Origin: Candidatus Falkowbacteria bacterium
Lineage (GTDB): Bacteria; Patescibacteriota; Patescibacteriia; UBA11705; JABHMO01
Assembly (NCBI GenBank): GCA_018674305.1
Contig: JABHAL010000015.1
Location: forward strand, 30,683 to 94,682
DNA length: 64,000 nt
Direction: 5' to 3'
The notes beneath the pieces were generated by a model. That model ran no database searches, had not been told where the DNA came from, and worked only from the letters and a program-made list of their open reading frames with translations. This document shows positions 9,769 to 19,290 of this stretch, piece by piece. Positions within the stretch are counted from its first letter, which is position 1. Every line of letters begins with the position of its first letter. Position numbers and translations under genes: made by a program.

Positions 9769-10833
9769 TTATTTATTCGAACTTGCTTTTTGATAAAGAC
9801 CAATCCCCTTTTGGGTTATCTTTTCGGTTGCTTGGGTTTGGCAACCTTGTTCAATCTCTTCAAGAATTTTTGCTTCTTGTTCAGAAAAAGGTTCATACGG
9901 AATATGTAAATCCTTTGTTTTGTGAAATAGTCCAATTTCGGTCATTTTAAAATCAGTTTTTGAAAATTCAGGGTGGGCAGAAAAAAATTCATCAATAGTT
10001 TTATAATTTGTCTCAATCACTTGAAATTGTTCATCAGTTTCTGAAATTCTGTCTTCTAGCTCAGGTCTATTCAATAACATTTCAATCACCTCTCCATTAT
10101 TGAATTTTAACGTCTGAACTAATGGTTTAGGAGCAAGCTCACCTTTTTGAATTGCTTGTTCAAAAGCTTGATTGCGAAGTTGATCAAACTTGGCTTGATC
10201 AACTTTTTCAACCGTTGTTGGTTCTGGGCGAATGCCTTCAATTTCGCTTAAGTCTAAACTTGCTAACTGTTCACTGGAAAAAAACGTAGAATCGTCAGCT
10301 AGGTCGCGGTCTGGAATTACGTAACCGCCATCCGCTAGGCTCTCTATTATGTTAGCGATTTTTTCTGTGGGTGTGTGTTGAAGATCTTCGTCGTTTATGA
10401 CAACTCTTCGGCCGGAAAAGTAAACATTGAAATTTTCAGGCATGTTTTCTTTTTCAGTTGCATCGCCGGCAATGAAAGTTATCTTTCTTGGTTTACTTTT
10501 GTACTGAAATTCAACTGTTAACTTTTCTCCAGGTGCAACTTGTTTTTCGCTTGTCGAAATAGGTTCATCTGTTAATGCTTCGATAGCTTGTAAATCCCAA
10601 GCTAGTCTTTCTGCTTGTGCATAACCTGGGTCAACCAAAGTCCCTTCATCCAAATCAGTTGATTCAACAAGATATGGTATTTCTGAGTTATTAGCTCTCA
10701 TTGGGCAGGTTCCAGCACTGAATACAAGTTTCTTTTTAAATTGAAATCGTTCAGGGTCAGTAAAAAATTGATTCAGCCTTTGGGACAGATCAGGTTTGAC
10801 TTCTCTTTCAGGGTTTATCTGCTCGATTGACAT
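9769..10833 (-). CDS. Hypothetical acidic protein, possibly a degenerate Rossmann/methyltransferase-like fold
   Basis: 354-aa ORF; ITFIAGDAT and SLADGGYVI resemble class I MTase motifs, weak evidence. Confidence 0.5.
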   Translation of the reverse strand: MSIEQINPEREVKPDLSQRLNQFFTDPERFQFKKKLVFSAGTCPMRANNSEIPYLVESTDLDEGTLVDPGYAQAERLAWDLQAIEALTDEPISTSEKQVAPGEKLTVEFQYKSKPRKITFIAGDATEKENMPENFNVYFSGRRVVINDEDLQHTPTEKIANIIESLADGGYVIPDRDLADDSTFFSSEQLASLDLSEIEGIRPEPTTVEKVDQAKFDQLRNQAFEQAIQKGELAPKPLVQTLKFNNGEVIEMLLNRPELEDRISETDEQFQVIETNYKTIDEFFSAHPEFSKTDFKMTEIGLFHKTKDLHIPYEPFSEQEAKILEEIEQGCQTQATEKITQKGIGLYQKASSNK

Positions 10834-10856
10834 AGATTAATTCTTCGCAAATAGAG

Positions 10857-11315
10857 TTAATTGTTGGGAGTACCTTTCAAAATCCTGGTAATTTCATCTT
10901 CTTGTCTGGCTCTTTCTTGTTCTTGTAATTTGTTTAATTCTGGCCAGAATAGTAAATCGTCTTTGTCTATAAAAAACATTGCACCATCATTCAACACTGT
11001 TCCTCCATGTTTTGATGAACCATTATATTTACAAAGAATACCAAATTCATTTGATGTTCCCATAACTGTAACAGTGGCACCTTCCTTGATAATACCCTCA
11101 TCGCTAGTTCCGTGTCCGGTTTTACCTCGGACAATTTTAACCCAGGGTAATTTAGTTTCAAAACCAAAGTTCGCCGATCCTCCAAGGACTGGAATTGTAA
11201 ATTTATCCCCAGGTTTTAATTCTTTTTTCTCGGCTTTTTTAAAAGAGGCAAAGTCAACAATTGTAGAGTTTTGAGGGCCTTCTTGTTCTGTGAGGTCCTT
11301 TTTTTCTTTATTCAT
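10857..11315 (-). CDS. Hypothetical protein
   Basis: 152-aa ORF co-oriented and tightly packed with its neighbours. Confidence 0.65.
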   Translation of the reverse strand: MNKEKKDLTEQEGPQNSTIVDFASFKKAEKKELKPGDKFTIPVLGGSANFGFETKLPWVKIVRGKTGHGTSDEGIIKEGATVTVMGTSNEFGILCKYNGSSKHGGTVLNDGAMFFIDKDDLLFWPELNKLQEQERARQEDEITRILKGTPNN

Positions 11316-11322
11316 AGTTCTG

Positions 11323-12306
11323 TTAATTTAAATATAACTTCGTTTCCAACGCATAATTACGATCTGAATACTCCGCGTCACTATTCTTATTTTCATTAAT
11401 AACTTTTTGGGCGGTGTTAACTTTTGCGGATAGATTATCAATGTAAGCCAAAGCAAATGTTTCAGGAATCATAGGCTTTACTGGACTGCCGTATTCTAGT
11501 TTTTCGTGATGACCAAGAACAAGATTCAAAACTTTTGCTCTTAGCTCTGTTGGGAAGTTTTTTATTTTATCAATTTCTTTGTCAATTGAAATTACACCAA
11601 GAGAAATATGGCCGGCTAAATTTCCTTCAAGGGTTCGATAAATCGTGTGATCGATGGCCAACTCCTGCATTTTACCAATATCATGCAAAAGTATTCCTGT
11701 AATTAATAAATCACGGTTGAGATCTTCGAAGTCAGTTAGGATGCTGTTGCCGAGGTTTAACATTTCAACAACGTGTTCCATAAGACCACCAACGTAGGCA
11801 TGGTGAATGTTTTCAGCTCCAGGTGCTAATTTGAATTTTTCTGCAAAAGATTCTTCCTTGAAGAATGATTCAACAAGGCTTTTTAGATATTTCCCTTTGA
11901 TTAATTTAATATTAGCTTCAACAGTTTGCCAAAGTAATTCTTGATCTTTTTTTGATGTTGGCAAAAAATTAGATAAGTTAAAATCATCGGCTTGTTGAAG
12001 GAATGTGATTTTTATCTGTAGTTTATTGCGGAACTCGTCTATTGTGCCAGACAGTTCGACAACTTGTCCAAGTTTTGGCTCTTGGCAGTTTCCAAGATTA
12101 GATTCCCAGATTTTTCCCATTATTTCGCCGGTTTTATCGCCCAGCGTTAGGTCTGTGTAATCTTTGCCAGCAGAAGTTTTTCCGTTGCGAATACTTTTTA
12201 CAGCGAATTGTTCGTTGACTAATTTGTCTCCAGTTTGCAAATCTTCAATAAAATGTTTTCCATCAGAATTGCCATTTAGTGCTGAGACGAGTGAGGATTG
12301 GTTCAT
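11323..12306 (-). CDS. yhaM: 3'-5' exoribonuclease YhaM-like (OB fold + HD domain)
   Basis: L.D.TG.I.G.IW OB domain, HHAY.GGL.EH, LLHDIGK, HH...EYGSP. Confidence 0.88.
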   Translation of the reverse strand: MNQSSLVSALNGNSDGKHFIEDLQTGDKLVNEQFAVKSIRNGKTSAGKDYTDLTLGDKTGEIMGKIWESNLGNCQEPKLGQVVELSGTIDEFRNKLQIKITFLQQADDFNLSNFLPTSKKDQELLWQTVEANIKLIKGKYLKSLVESFFKEESFAEKFKLAPGAENIHHAYVGGLMEHVVEMLNLGNSILTDFEDLNRDLLITGILLHDIGKMQELAIDHTIYRTLEGNLAGHISLGVISIDKEIDKIKNFPTELRAKVLNLVLGHHEKLEYGSPVKPMIPETFALAYIDNLSAKVNTAQKVINENKNSDAEYSDRNYALETKLYLN

Positions 12307-12314
12307 AAAATCTA

Positions 12315-12346
12315 AATTGTTATATTGTTACATTGTTATACTGTTC
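12315..12346. repeat. Degenerate 8-mer tandem array (nATTGTTA x4)
   Basis: aattgtta tattgtta cattgtta tactgttc; overlaps the stop codon of the 12336 gene. Confidence 0.7.
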
Positions 12347-12893
12347 CACCTTGGCTATTTTCACTGAAGACTATTGCTTCATATTTATAAAATTTTGTAG
12401 ATTTATCCGTCCAGCAAGTTTCACCTAGTCCAGCTTTTTGACAAAGCGTACCAAGGAACTTTTCTTTGCTAGATAAGCTTTCCCATACTTGTGGTAAATA
12501 AGTTGCTTTGTGTGGTCCTTGTTGGATAATCACGCCGTGTTTGCCTGCTTCAATATCTTCGAGTTGACATTCTTTGGCTGGAGTTAAAATAGAGATTTCG
12601 ATTTTAATTTCATCAAGTTCTTCAACAGAAACTTCTAGAAATCGGACATCCCTAGTGGCTGAGGCAACTGCGTTGTCGGCAATTGCGTCCCAAATACTGG
12701 AAACCGGCTCAATGTATCCAATGCAACCGCGTAATTCTTTTCCTTTGTGAAGCGAAACAAAAACACCCGCTGATTCTAGATAATTTGAATCAGGGCAATC
12801 CTGTTCAACTTTCTTGCCATCTTTTACAATATGAACTAATACTTGCCTGGCATAGCCAAGAAGTTCACTTTTTTGTTCATCTGTGAATTGCAT
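12336..12893 (-). CDS. AmmeMemoRadiSam system protein A (AMMECR1 domain)
   Basis: GVFVSL...LRGCIG, D.RF, ATYLPQVW, LCQKAG; ATG at 12893 preferred. Confidence 0.92.
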   Translation of the reverse strand: MQFTDEQKSELLGYARQVLVHIVKDGKKVEQDCPDSNYLESAGVFVSLHKGKELRGCIGYIEPVSSIWDAIADNAVASATRDVRFLEVSVEELDEIKIEISILTPAKECQLEDIEAGKHGVIIQQGPHKATYLPQVWESLSSKEKFLGTLCQKAGLGETCWTDKSTKFYKYEAIVFSENSQGGTV

Positions 12894-12960
12894 ATTATAA
12901 TTTAAGTATAGCAATTTAAGTTAAAGAGTTCAAATGAAAAATAACCACTTGTGATTGTCG

Positions 12961-13133
12961 AGATTCCGGATCGTAGTCCGGAATGACGCTTGGGGGTGTT
13001 TTGAGGCATTGGGTAAAATCTGGAAGGACACTTTTGGTAACAGTTTTTTATGTTTGAATCTTCTTCTTTATTGTTATTCCATTCCTGGCTTGCCTGCCTA
13101 CCGTAGTTTTAACGAAGGTAGGACCCGGAATCT
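12961..13133. repeat. Pair of ATTCC-N-GGAAT REP-like palindromes, the second carrying a 30-bp inserted hairpin unit (13093-13122)
   Basis: agattccggatcgtagtccggaatgac (12961-12987) and attcctggcttg[insert]acccggaatct. Confidence 0.75.
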
Positions 13134-13153
13134 AAAGCGTCTAAAGCGAATTT

Positions 13154-14188
13154 TTAAGATAAAAACATTCCATCACCAAAACTGTAAAAACGATATTTTA
13201 GTTTAATTGCTAATTTGTACAGTTGAAGTGTTTTTTGTCGGCCAATAAATGCGGAGACAAGCATTAGCAAACTAGATTTTGGTAAATGAAAATTGGTGAT
13301 CATGGCGTCGATGAATTTAAACTTATATCCGGGGTGAATGTAGATATTAGTTTTAAGATTTAAGTTTTTAGTGTTTGCTTTTTTGCTGGAAAAAATTGTC
13401 TCTAATGTTCGAACTGAGGTTGTCCCCACAGCAATAATTCGCCGACTTTGTTGTTTAGCTTTTTCTAAACTCTTAATTGTGACAGAGTCAACTTCAATGT
13501 ACTCGGTATGTATTTTGAAGTCTTCAATATTTTCAGTGTTTACTGGCGCAAAAGTTCCTAGGCCAACATGAAGTGTTATGAACTCCAATTGCACTCCCCT
13601 ATTTTTTAATTTTTTCAATAATCTGTTTGTGAAATGCAAGCCAGCTGTTGGCGCTGCAGCTGAACCATCTTTTTTTGCGTAAACAGTTTGGTATTGATCT
13701 TTGATCTTTGCCCCTTGCCCTTTGATCTTCCGAATGTAATGAGGTAATGGCACTTGCCCGATTTTGGCTAAAATGGCTCTAAATTTAGGACCTGCAAAAT
13801 TGAATTTTAAGAGCCAGGTTTTTTCACTAATCTTCTTAATCACCCCTGCTTGTAGACCATGTTCAAATCGCAGTTTTAAGCCGATTTTAGGCTTTCTGGT
13901 GCCCAACATTGCTTGCCAAATGTCGGTATCTTCTTGTTTTAATAATAATGCTTCAGCTTTTCCCCCAGTAGATTTATTGCCAAGTAAACGAGCTGGAATT
14001 ACTTTAGAATTATTAAATACCAAAACATCACCAGTTTGAAGGTATTTGTCTAAATTAAAAAACTTGTCATGAATGATTTTATCTTGATCTTTGTTATAAA
14101 CCAAAAGTCGTGAACTGTCTCGCGGTGAGGCTGGTTCATTGGCTATCAGTTTTGGTGGAAGATTGTAATTGAATAAAGATGTTTTCAT
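13154..14188 (-). CDS. queA: S-adenosylmethionine:tRNA ribosyltransferase-isomerase
   Basis: P..PRDSSRLL, NNSKVIPARL, YQTVYA..GS.AAPTAGLHF, TNFHLPKSSL, YRFYSFGDGM. Confidence 0.96.
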   Translation of the reverse strand: MKTSLFNYNLPPKLIANEPASPRDSSRLLVYNKDQDKIIHDKFFNLDKYLQTGDVLVFNNSKVIPARLLGNKSTGGKAEALLLKQEDTDIWQAMLGTRKPKIGLKLRFEHGLQAGVIKKISEKTWLLKFNFAGPKFRAILAKIGQVPLPHYIRKIKGQGAKIKDQYQTVYAKKDGSAAAPTAGLHFTNRLLKKLKNRGVQLEFITLHVGLGTFAPVNTENIEDFKIHTEYIEVDSVTIKSLEKAKQQSRRIIAVGTTSVRTLETIFSSKKANTKNLNLKTNIYIHPGYKFKFIDAMITNFHLPKSSLLMLVSAFIGRQKTLQLYKLAIKLKYRFYSFGDGMFLS

Positions 14189-14280
14189 GGTTTTAGTATA
14201 AAGGACAAACTAAAAAGTTTCAACAGTGTTTGTTCGGTGCAAAGATGTCTCGCTTCCCGATTCACTTTGTGAAAATAAAA

Positions 14281-14313
14281 AAAAGGACAACCTTGTGTTA
14301 CAAGATTGTCCTT
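14281..14313 (-). terminator. Intrinsic terminator of the helicase gene
   Basis: aaggacaaccttg-tgtta-caagattgtcctt hairpin with a U-tract on the minus strand. Confidence 0.7.
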
Positions 14314-14320
14314 GGTTTGT

Positions 14321-17218
14321 TTAAGCTTCGAGTTCCTCCATGATCTCGAGAGCTTCGTTTTCAAATTTGTCAATTTTTTCAGATAGCTGAGTAATTTTCT
14401 TTTCAGCGTTTGTCCAGGCTCGTTGATGTTCGAGTGTTATCCCGTTGCCATCATATGCCTTTTGGTAGTCGACCATAGCTTGATCACGAATTGCAATTTG
14501 CGCTGTGATTTTGGCTCTGGTCATTTCCGTTTGTTCAATCAACCAGTCAGCACGAGCTTGCGTTTTTCCAGTGGGAATAACGGGCTCGTTGGTTTCAACC
14601 ATTGGCTCAGCCATGTCTTTCTTGAATTCTTTCCGTCGCCGAGCATTACCCTTATCAGACTTTTTCCTGGGTGTCGCCGCCGTGTTGCTTTCAAAATCGT
14701 TATTGAAACGACTGCCAGAACTTGGCATGTGGCGGATCGGATAAATCGTCGGTAATGGACGAATGGGTCTGGGCATAGGTTGAGTTCGCGTTATAGAACG
14801 TCTGAAGATCCCAGATAACGCATTTCGAAATGAGATGTTACCAGGTTCACTAACGCCATTAAAGTTAACATGACCAGTTTCAAAACCATTCGGTTGAACA
14901 GGCGCATGCCCTTCTGGAATTCGTGACTTCGGAATTTTCAGGCTGATACCCTTTTCTTTTGCTAACTCAACGGTGTATACACCAGTTCCTAGAATCAGTC
15001 GAGAGTATTCATCTCGTGCAGTACTTATGCTGGAGTAGCGTGAAGTACCAACAATTGCTCGGATAACGATTTGATTATGTCTTTCAATATCATCATCCAA
15101 GTCTCCCAACTGATTGTACGCCAGTCTGTCGATGAATGAACTTTCAAGGCTGGTCAGTAGTTCAGGTGTAAGATGTTTATCTGGAATTCTGTCGTCATTG
15201 TCTTCTACAACGAAAAGATTTTCCATTCCTAAACCTGGATAGTACCAGCTGATATTCACACCGCCGTAGGGACTACAGCTTGCATTGTGAATATATGGTT
15301 CACTAAAAACAGTTTCCAGATCCTGCATAGTCAGGAACACACCTTCCATATTGTGGAACGTTCCGTTTCGTTGGGTTCGGATAGTATGAACCGAACCATA
15401 CATAGGTAGGCGTTGTCCGCTTTTTCTACATACTGAAGTTTTGGACAGTTCCACTGTGTCAATACTCCAGCCGCTTCTTTGCTCACGCAGAATTCCACGT
15501 TGATTGGCTAATTCCATTGCATCAACCTTGATCAGAAGCTGTTTAAAGTTAGCTTCTAATTCGGGGGTGATTTCCGGAAGGTCCTCTTGGAATCGGAATA
15601 GCGGAATTTTAAGTGCCCGGAGAATGCTGCTGACTGCAATCAGCGTGCTATCCACAGACTTGTAGTAAATCCCATGTTCAATTGCCCAGCTTCGGTATTC
15701 GCGCTTCAGTCCAAAGACGGAAGTTCCGTCCTGATGATTCTTGCGAATATAGCCAAAGCTTTCCAGTGCATGAATTACGATGTTGTATTTAGTCAGTAAA
15801 TCATTGCATGGAACAATGAATTCGTCGATGTCGTACTTACCATCACGGTTTAGCATGGAGTACAAGCTTGAGGTGGCGGCGCAAACCATAACTAGCGGTA
15901 ACAATTCATTACTCGACTGAGCAAGATGTTCACCCCAGATTCTGGCCACCGGGAACTTTTCAACTTTCTGACCGTAGTCAGTCAGTTTATTGTCCCTGGA
16001 AATTAGACCTCGCTTGACTAGCATAAGCCAAACCTGGCGATATCGATCATGATCAATTCCACCAATAGGATCCAACTCATCCAAGTCAATTTCCATTCTT
16101 GCACAAGTCAGAGCAACCTGTTCGAGGTCACCAGCCAGTACAAATTCCGGAACCACAGGCTTTAACGTGTGGTAGTCAACCTCATATTCAGTAAGAATGT
16201 CGATTTGACCACCAACAACGCGACCGTGCACACGTCCACCCATTTGTAGGATGAAGTTGGAATCAAGCGCTCGCTTTTCCAGCGCTTTAACTCCTGTGTA
16301 CTTGTCCACCACTTCAGTGAACATTTCATTATGAATCACGACCCAGTCCAGTCCCTGAACATTCAGGGAAGAAGAACCAGCAATGGTCATAAATATAATG
16401 AACGGTTTCTTGACTTCACCACGCATGTACTTGTACAGCTTGTCTGCTGACTCGCCACCGTGGTAGAAATCAGTGTGTAGAGTTGAATTCCCATCATATT
16501 TTCTGGCCATCTTCTCGCACATGGCGCGGGTTGGTAGAAACACTACCATGCCACGCTGTCCGGAAATGACCTTGTCCAGATTGCCCATGTCATCGAGAAA
16601 GTACTCAACCCAGGGTTTTCTGGTGTTAATGCCAAGACCGTACCGTTGATAGGTAAAAAGATGACAGTTAACAGTTGCTTCTTTACCAGGTTCTACATGT
16701 TCACATTCAATTATCTGGCGGGTGCCAAAGTAATCAAGGTAAACAGTTGAATCGATGGTCGCACTCATCCAGCTTACTTGAATTTTCTTGTACTTGGCTA
16801 GAGCCATAACAAGTTCCAGATGTTCACTGGTTTGATGCACTTCATCGATGATCACTACATCACCGCCGTCATTCTTGATGATTCCGGCTTTGAGATAGTT
16901 CATGGCTACTCCAGTAGTACAGATGACCACTGGGCACTGCCAAGTGTAGGATGTTGCTTCATCTTCACTGGTGACAATATCGTATTGAAATTTGTCACCA
17001 AAATGTTGTTGGCAAATGTCGCGCAGAAAAACAGTTTTTCCTACGCCGGTGCCAGCTACAATTCCAAACGATTCCTCGAGTTTTCCCAACTCGAGGAGCT
17101 TTGTGGCAAAGGTTTTTCTGAGATAGGTCTCGATTGGACCGTTCTCAAAGATTGCCTTCACAGTTCTAGTGTGGGCTCTCATCGGAGCTACGATCCAAAT
17201 TCGATTGACCTTGCTCAT
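14321..17218 (-). CDS. SF2 DExH-box helicase (DEAH/NS3-like) with a long unique C-terminus
   Basis: GTGVGKT, DEVH, MSAT, VFLPTR, QMGGRVHGR motifs and an HA2-like region; GGAGG site supports ATG at 17218. Confidence 0.85.
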   Translation of the reverse strand: MSKVNRIWIVAPMRAHTRTVKAIFENGPIETYLRKTFATKLLELGKLEESFGIVAGTGVGKTVFLRDICQQHFGDKFQYDIVTSEDEATSYTWQCPVVICTTGVAMNYLKAGIIKNDGGDVVIIDEVHQTSEHLELVMALAKYKKIQVSWMSATIDSTVYLDYFGTRQIIECEHVEPGKEATVNCHLFTYQRYGLGINTRKPWVEYFLDDMGNLDKVISGQRGMVVFLPTRAMCEKMARKYDGNSTLHTDFYHGGESADKLYKYMRGEVKKPFIIFMTIAGSSSLNVQGLDWVVIHNEMFTEVVDKYTGVKALEKRALDSNFILQMGGRVHGRVVGGQIDILTEYEVDYHTLKPVVPEFVLAGDLEQVALTCARMEIDLDELDPIGGIDHDRYRQVWLMLVKRGLISRDNKLTDYGQKVEKFPVARIWGEHLAQSSNELLPLVMVCAATSSLYSMLNRDGKYDIDEFIVPCNDLLTKYNIVIHALESFGYIRKNHQDGTSVFGLKREYRSWAIEHGIYYKSVDSTLIAVSSILRALKIPLFRFQEDLPEITPELEANFKQLLIKVDAMELANQRGILREQRSGWSIDTVELSKTSVCRKSGQRLPMYGSVHTIRTQRNGTFHNMEGVFLTMQDLETVFSEPYIHNASCSPYGGVNISWYYPGLGMENLFVVEDNDDRIPDKHLTPELLTSLESSFIDRLAYNQLGDLDDDIERHNQIVIRAIVGTSRYSSISTARDEYSRLILGTGVYTVELAKEKGISLKIPKSRIPEGHAPVQPNGFETGHVNFNGVSEPGNISFRNALSGIFRRSITRTQPMPRPIRPLPTIYPIRHMPSSGSRFNNDFESNTAATPRKKSDKGNARRRKEFKKDMAEPMVETNEPVIPTGKTQARADWLIEQTEMTRAKITAQIAIRDQAMVDYQKAYDGNGITLEHQRAWTNAEKKITQLSEKIDKFENEALEIMEELEA

Positions 17219-17265
17219 CTTTTCCTCCAAAATTAGAATAAATTTTCAAAAAACAATATCATAGA

Positions 17266-17294
17266 ATTATAGCATTAATATTCAGTTTTGTCAA
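17266..17294 (-). promoter_or_regulatory. Consensus sigma70 promoter of the helicase gene
   Basis: TTGACA-17 bp-TATAAT on the minus strand. Confidence 0.85.
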
Positions 17295-17297
17295 TAT

Positions 17298-17329
17298 AAA
17301 AAAGAGGCTTTTTTAGAGCCTCTTTTTTT
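17298..17329 (-). terminator. Intrinsic terminator
   Basis: aaaaaagaggct-loop-agcctctttttt. Confidence 0.75.
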
Positions 17330-17349
17330 ATCTAAATTTACTTTTGAAT

Positions 17350-18660
17350 TTAGGTCATGGCAAGTATAGCAATAAGAATCACAAAAAGGATTGCGCTAAT
17401 AATAACTATATCTAATAATACTGATACAAAAGCTCTCCATCCACCTTTGCTGGCAAAGATTGCTGGAACTCCAAAAATCAAGAATAAATAAATCAGAAAC
17501 AAGACAATTACACCAATTAGAATCATTGACTCAAAACCGTCGGGCAAAACTTTATGCCAACGAATATCATCTAGCCAGTTTAATGCATAAGTTAAAGCAA
17601 ATAAACACAGAGAGGCAACAAAAGCCCAGGTTAAATATTGTCCATTAAAAAGATTTATTTGTGAATCATGATCTTTGGGTTTGTGTGTTGGTTCTACATG
17701 TGGCTTATCCATTTTTGGTTTTCTGTCACTGAAGTGTCGGTTCAAGAAATACAGTCCGACAATTAACAATATTAAAATTATAATTGTAGTTAAAATGCGA
17801 CCAAGGTTCAGTCTTAGCTTAGACGTTGCATATGTACCAGGAACATTAAAAGTTTCGTCTGGTGCTAGATCCGTTCCTTTCTTGTTAATTGTACCAGAGT
17901 AACCGATTCTTCTTGAAGCTTCATCAAGACTTTTGTTTGAAAAGCTGGTTGCTCCCAATCCAGCTGATTCGCCAACTGTCATCATATCAGTATCATAATT
18001 TACAGTTGTCTTTTGTCCACGCATTTCTAAATCTGCATCAGTGCTAATTGCCACGTTTAATTCCTTGATTCTGACGGGAGCTTTTAGATTATTAAAATTG
18101 AACTTAAATAAACCTCCCCACTTCTCTTCAACATAACTCTTGGAATAATATGATAGAACAACAGCTCCTTGTTTGTCTGGTGCAACCGTTTGTTCAAGGT
18201 TAATCAAAATGGAATCACCATTAGTTTGTGATTTTAGTTTAAAATATTTGGCACTGCCTTTTGAATTACCGTAATAATAGCGATTGTTTTGGTAATAGTT
18301 TGGGTCTGAATATTTTTTACAATCGTTAGCTTTAGTTTCTTTATTGTAAACTGATTCATCGCAAACTTGGGGTAGAACTTGTTGATAAGTCATTAGTTCA
18401 TATAGCTGATCGTCTGAGGAAAATTTCAACTCTGATAAATCATTGTCAGAAAAGTTTGTAAAAGCAATTCTGGCAGTGATAACTGCTTCACCATTACCAC
18501 GCATAGTTACAGAATAGTTGTGCTTTTGACCAAAAATGATACCACCAACAGAACTGTCAGGTGATGGTGGAACTGGCATAATTTCAATTTCTTGGGCTAA
18601 AGTCAAAGCAGGACACAAAAGTAGGAGCAAAATAAAACTTGAAACAAAAAGTTTTTTCAT
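17350..18660 (-). CDS. Hypothetical membrane protein (signal peptide, extracellular domain, about 4 C-terminal TM helices)
   Basis: N-terminal signal peptide ending ALTLA-QE; hydrophobic C-terminal segments. Confidence 0.7.
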   Translation of the reverse strand: MKKLFVSSFILLLLLCPALTLAQEIEIMPVPPSPDSSVGGIIFGQKHNYSVTMRGNGEAVITARIAFTNFSDNDLSELKFSSDDQLYELMTYQQVLPQVCDESVYNKETKANDCKKYSDPNYYQNNRYYYGNSKGSAKYFKLKSQTNGDSILINLEQTVAPDKQGAVVLSYYSKSYVEEKWGGLFKFNFNNLKAPVRIKELNVAISTDADLEMRGQKTTVNYDTDMMTVGESAGLGATSFSNKSLDEASRRIGYSGTINKKGTDLAPDETFNVPGTYATSKLRLNLGRILTTIIILILLIVGLYFLNRHFSDRKPKMDKPHVEPTHKPKDHDSQINLFNGQYLTWAFVASLCLFALTYALNWLDDIRWHKVLPDGFESMILIGVIVLFLIYLFLIFGVPAIFASKGGWRAFVSVLLDIVIISAILFVILIAILAMT

Positions 18661-19109
18661 ACATTGGATTTAATGATTTTTTGACAGTTATTTAAAATAT
18701 TTTTGCCGGACATAGTATCATCATACTCCTTCCCTATTTTTTCAAATATGACTTGATGGTCTGGTGAAATTAAAATCACCGCTGGTTTACTGGTGATATG
18801 ATCTTTGAATTTGGTTTTTAGTTTAAAATAATCAATCACAGAAAATTCAGTGTCTGATAAAATTGGAAACTTTAATCTGAGAAAAGTTTTAAGTAAACTA
18901 GATTTAAACTTAGTGTCCGGTGAAATTGCTAGAGGTTTTATATTCGAGGAAGTAAACTCATTAATTAAGCTGTTAACTTCAACTAATTGCCTTTTGCACA
19001 AATTACACCAGGCTCCACGAAAAAAGATTAATAGTAAATAATCTGATCCCTGGTATTGTTCAAAATTTAATATTGAATCGTCGTTGTTTTGTAGTTCTAA
19101 GTTTTGCAT
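18657..19109 (-). CDS. AhpC/TSA-family redoxin (peroxiredoxin-like)
   Basis: FFRGAWCNLC, AISPD, FPILSD, PAVILI. Confidence 0.85.
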   Translation of the reverse strand: MQNLELQNNDDSILNFEQYQGSDYLLLIFFRGAWCNLCKRQLVEVNSLINEFTSSNIKPLAISPDTKFKSSLLKTFLRLKFPILSDTEFSVIDYFKLKTKFKDHITSKPAVILISPDHQVIFEKIGKEYDDTMSGKNILNNCQKIIKSNV

Positions 19110-19290
19110 TATAAAAGGTGTGAGATTATAGTTGTAAGTTAATAGTTTAAGTATAGCAGTAAATTCAGAACTTTTGTAGCCTTGACAATGAGGGATTATT
19201 GTGATAAGTTTATTTTACTAGTTTAAGGTAATGAAATTGAATAGTAATTGATTCGCTGAAATTGAATTTTAACAAGATGGAGGGATTACA

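Noticed and set aside
12955-13206. 83-aa plus-strand ORF
   Set aside because: Runs through palindromic repeats and overlaps the queA end; no RBS or protein-like features
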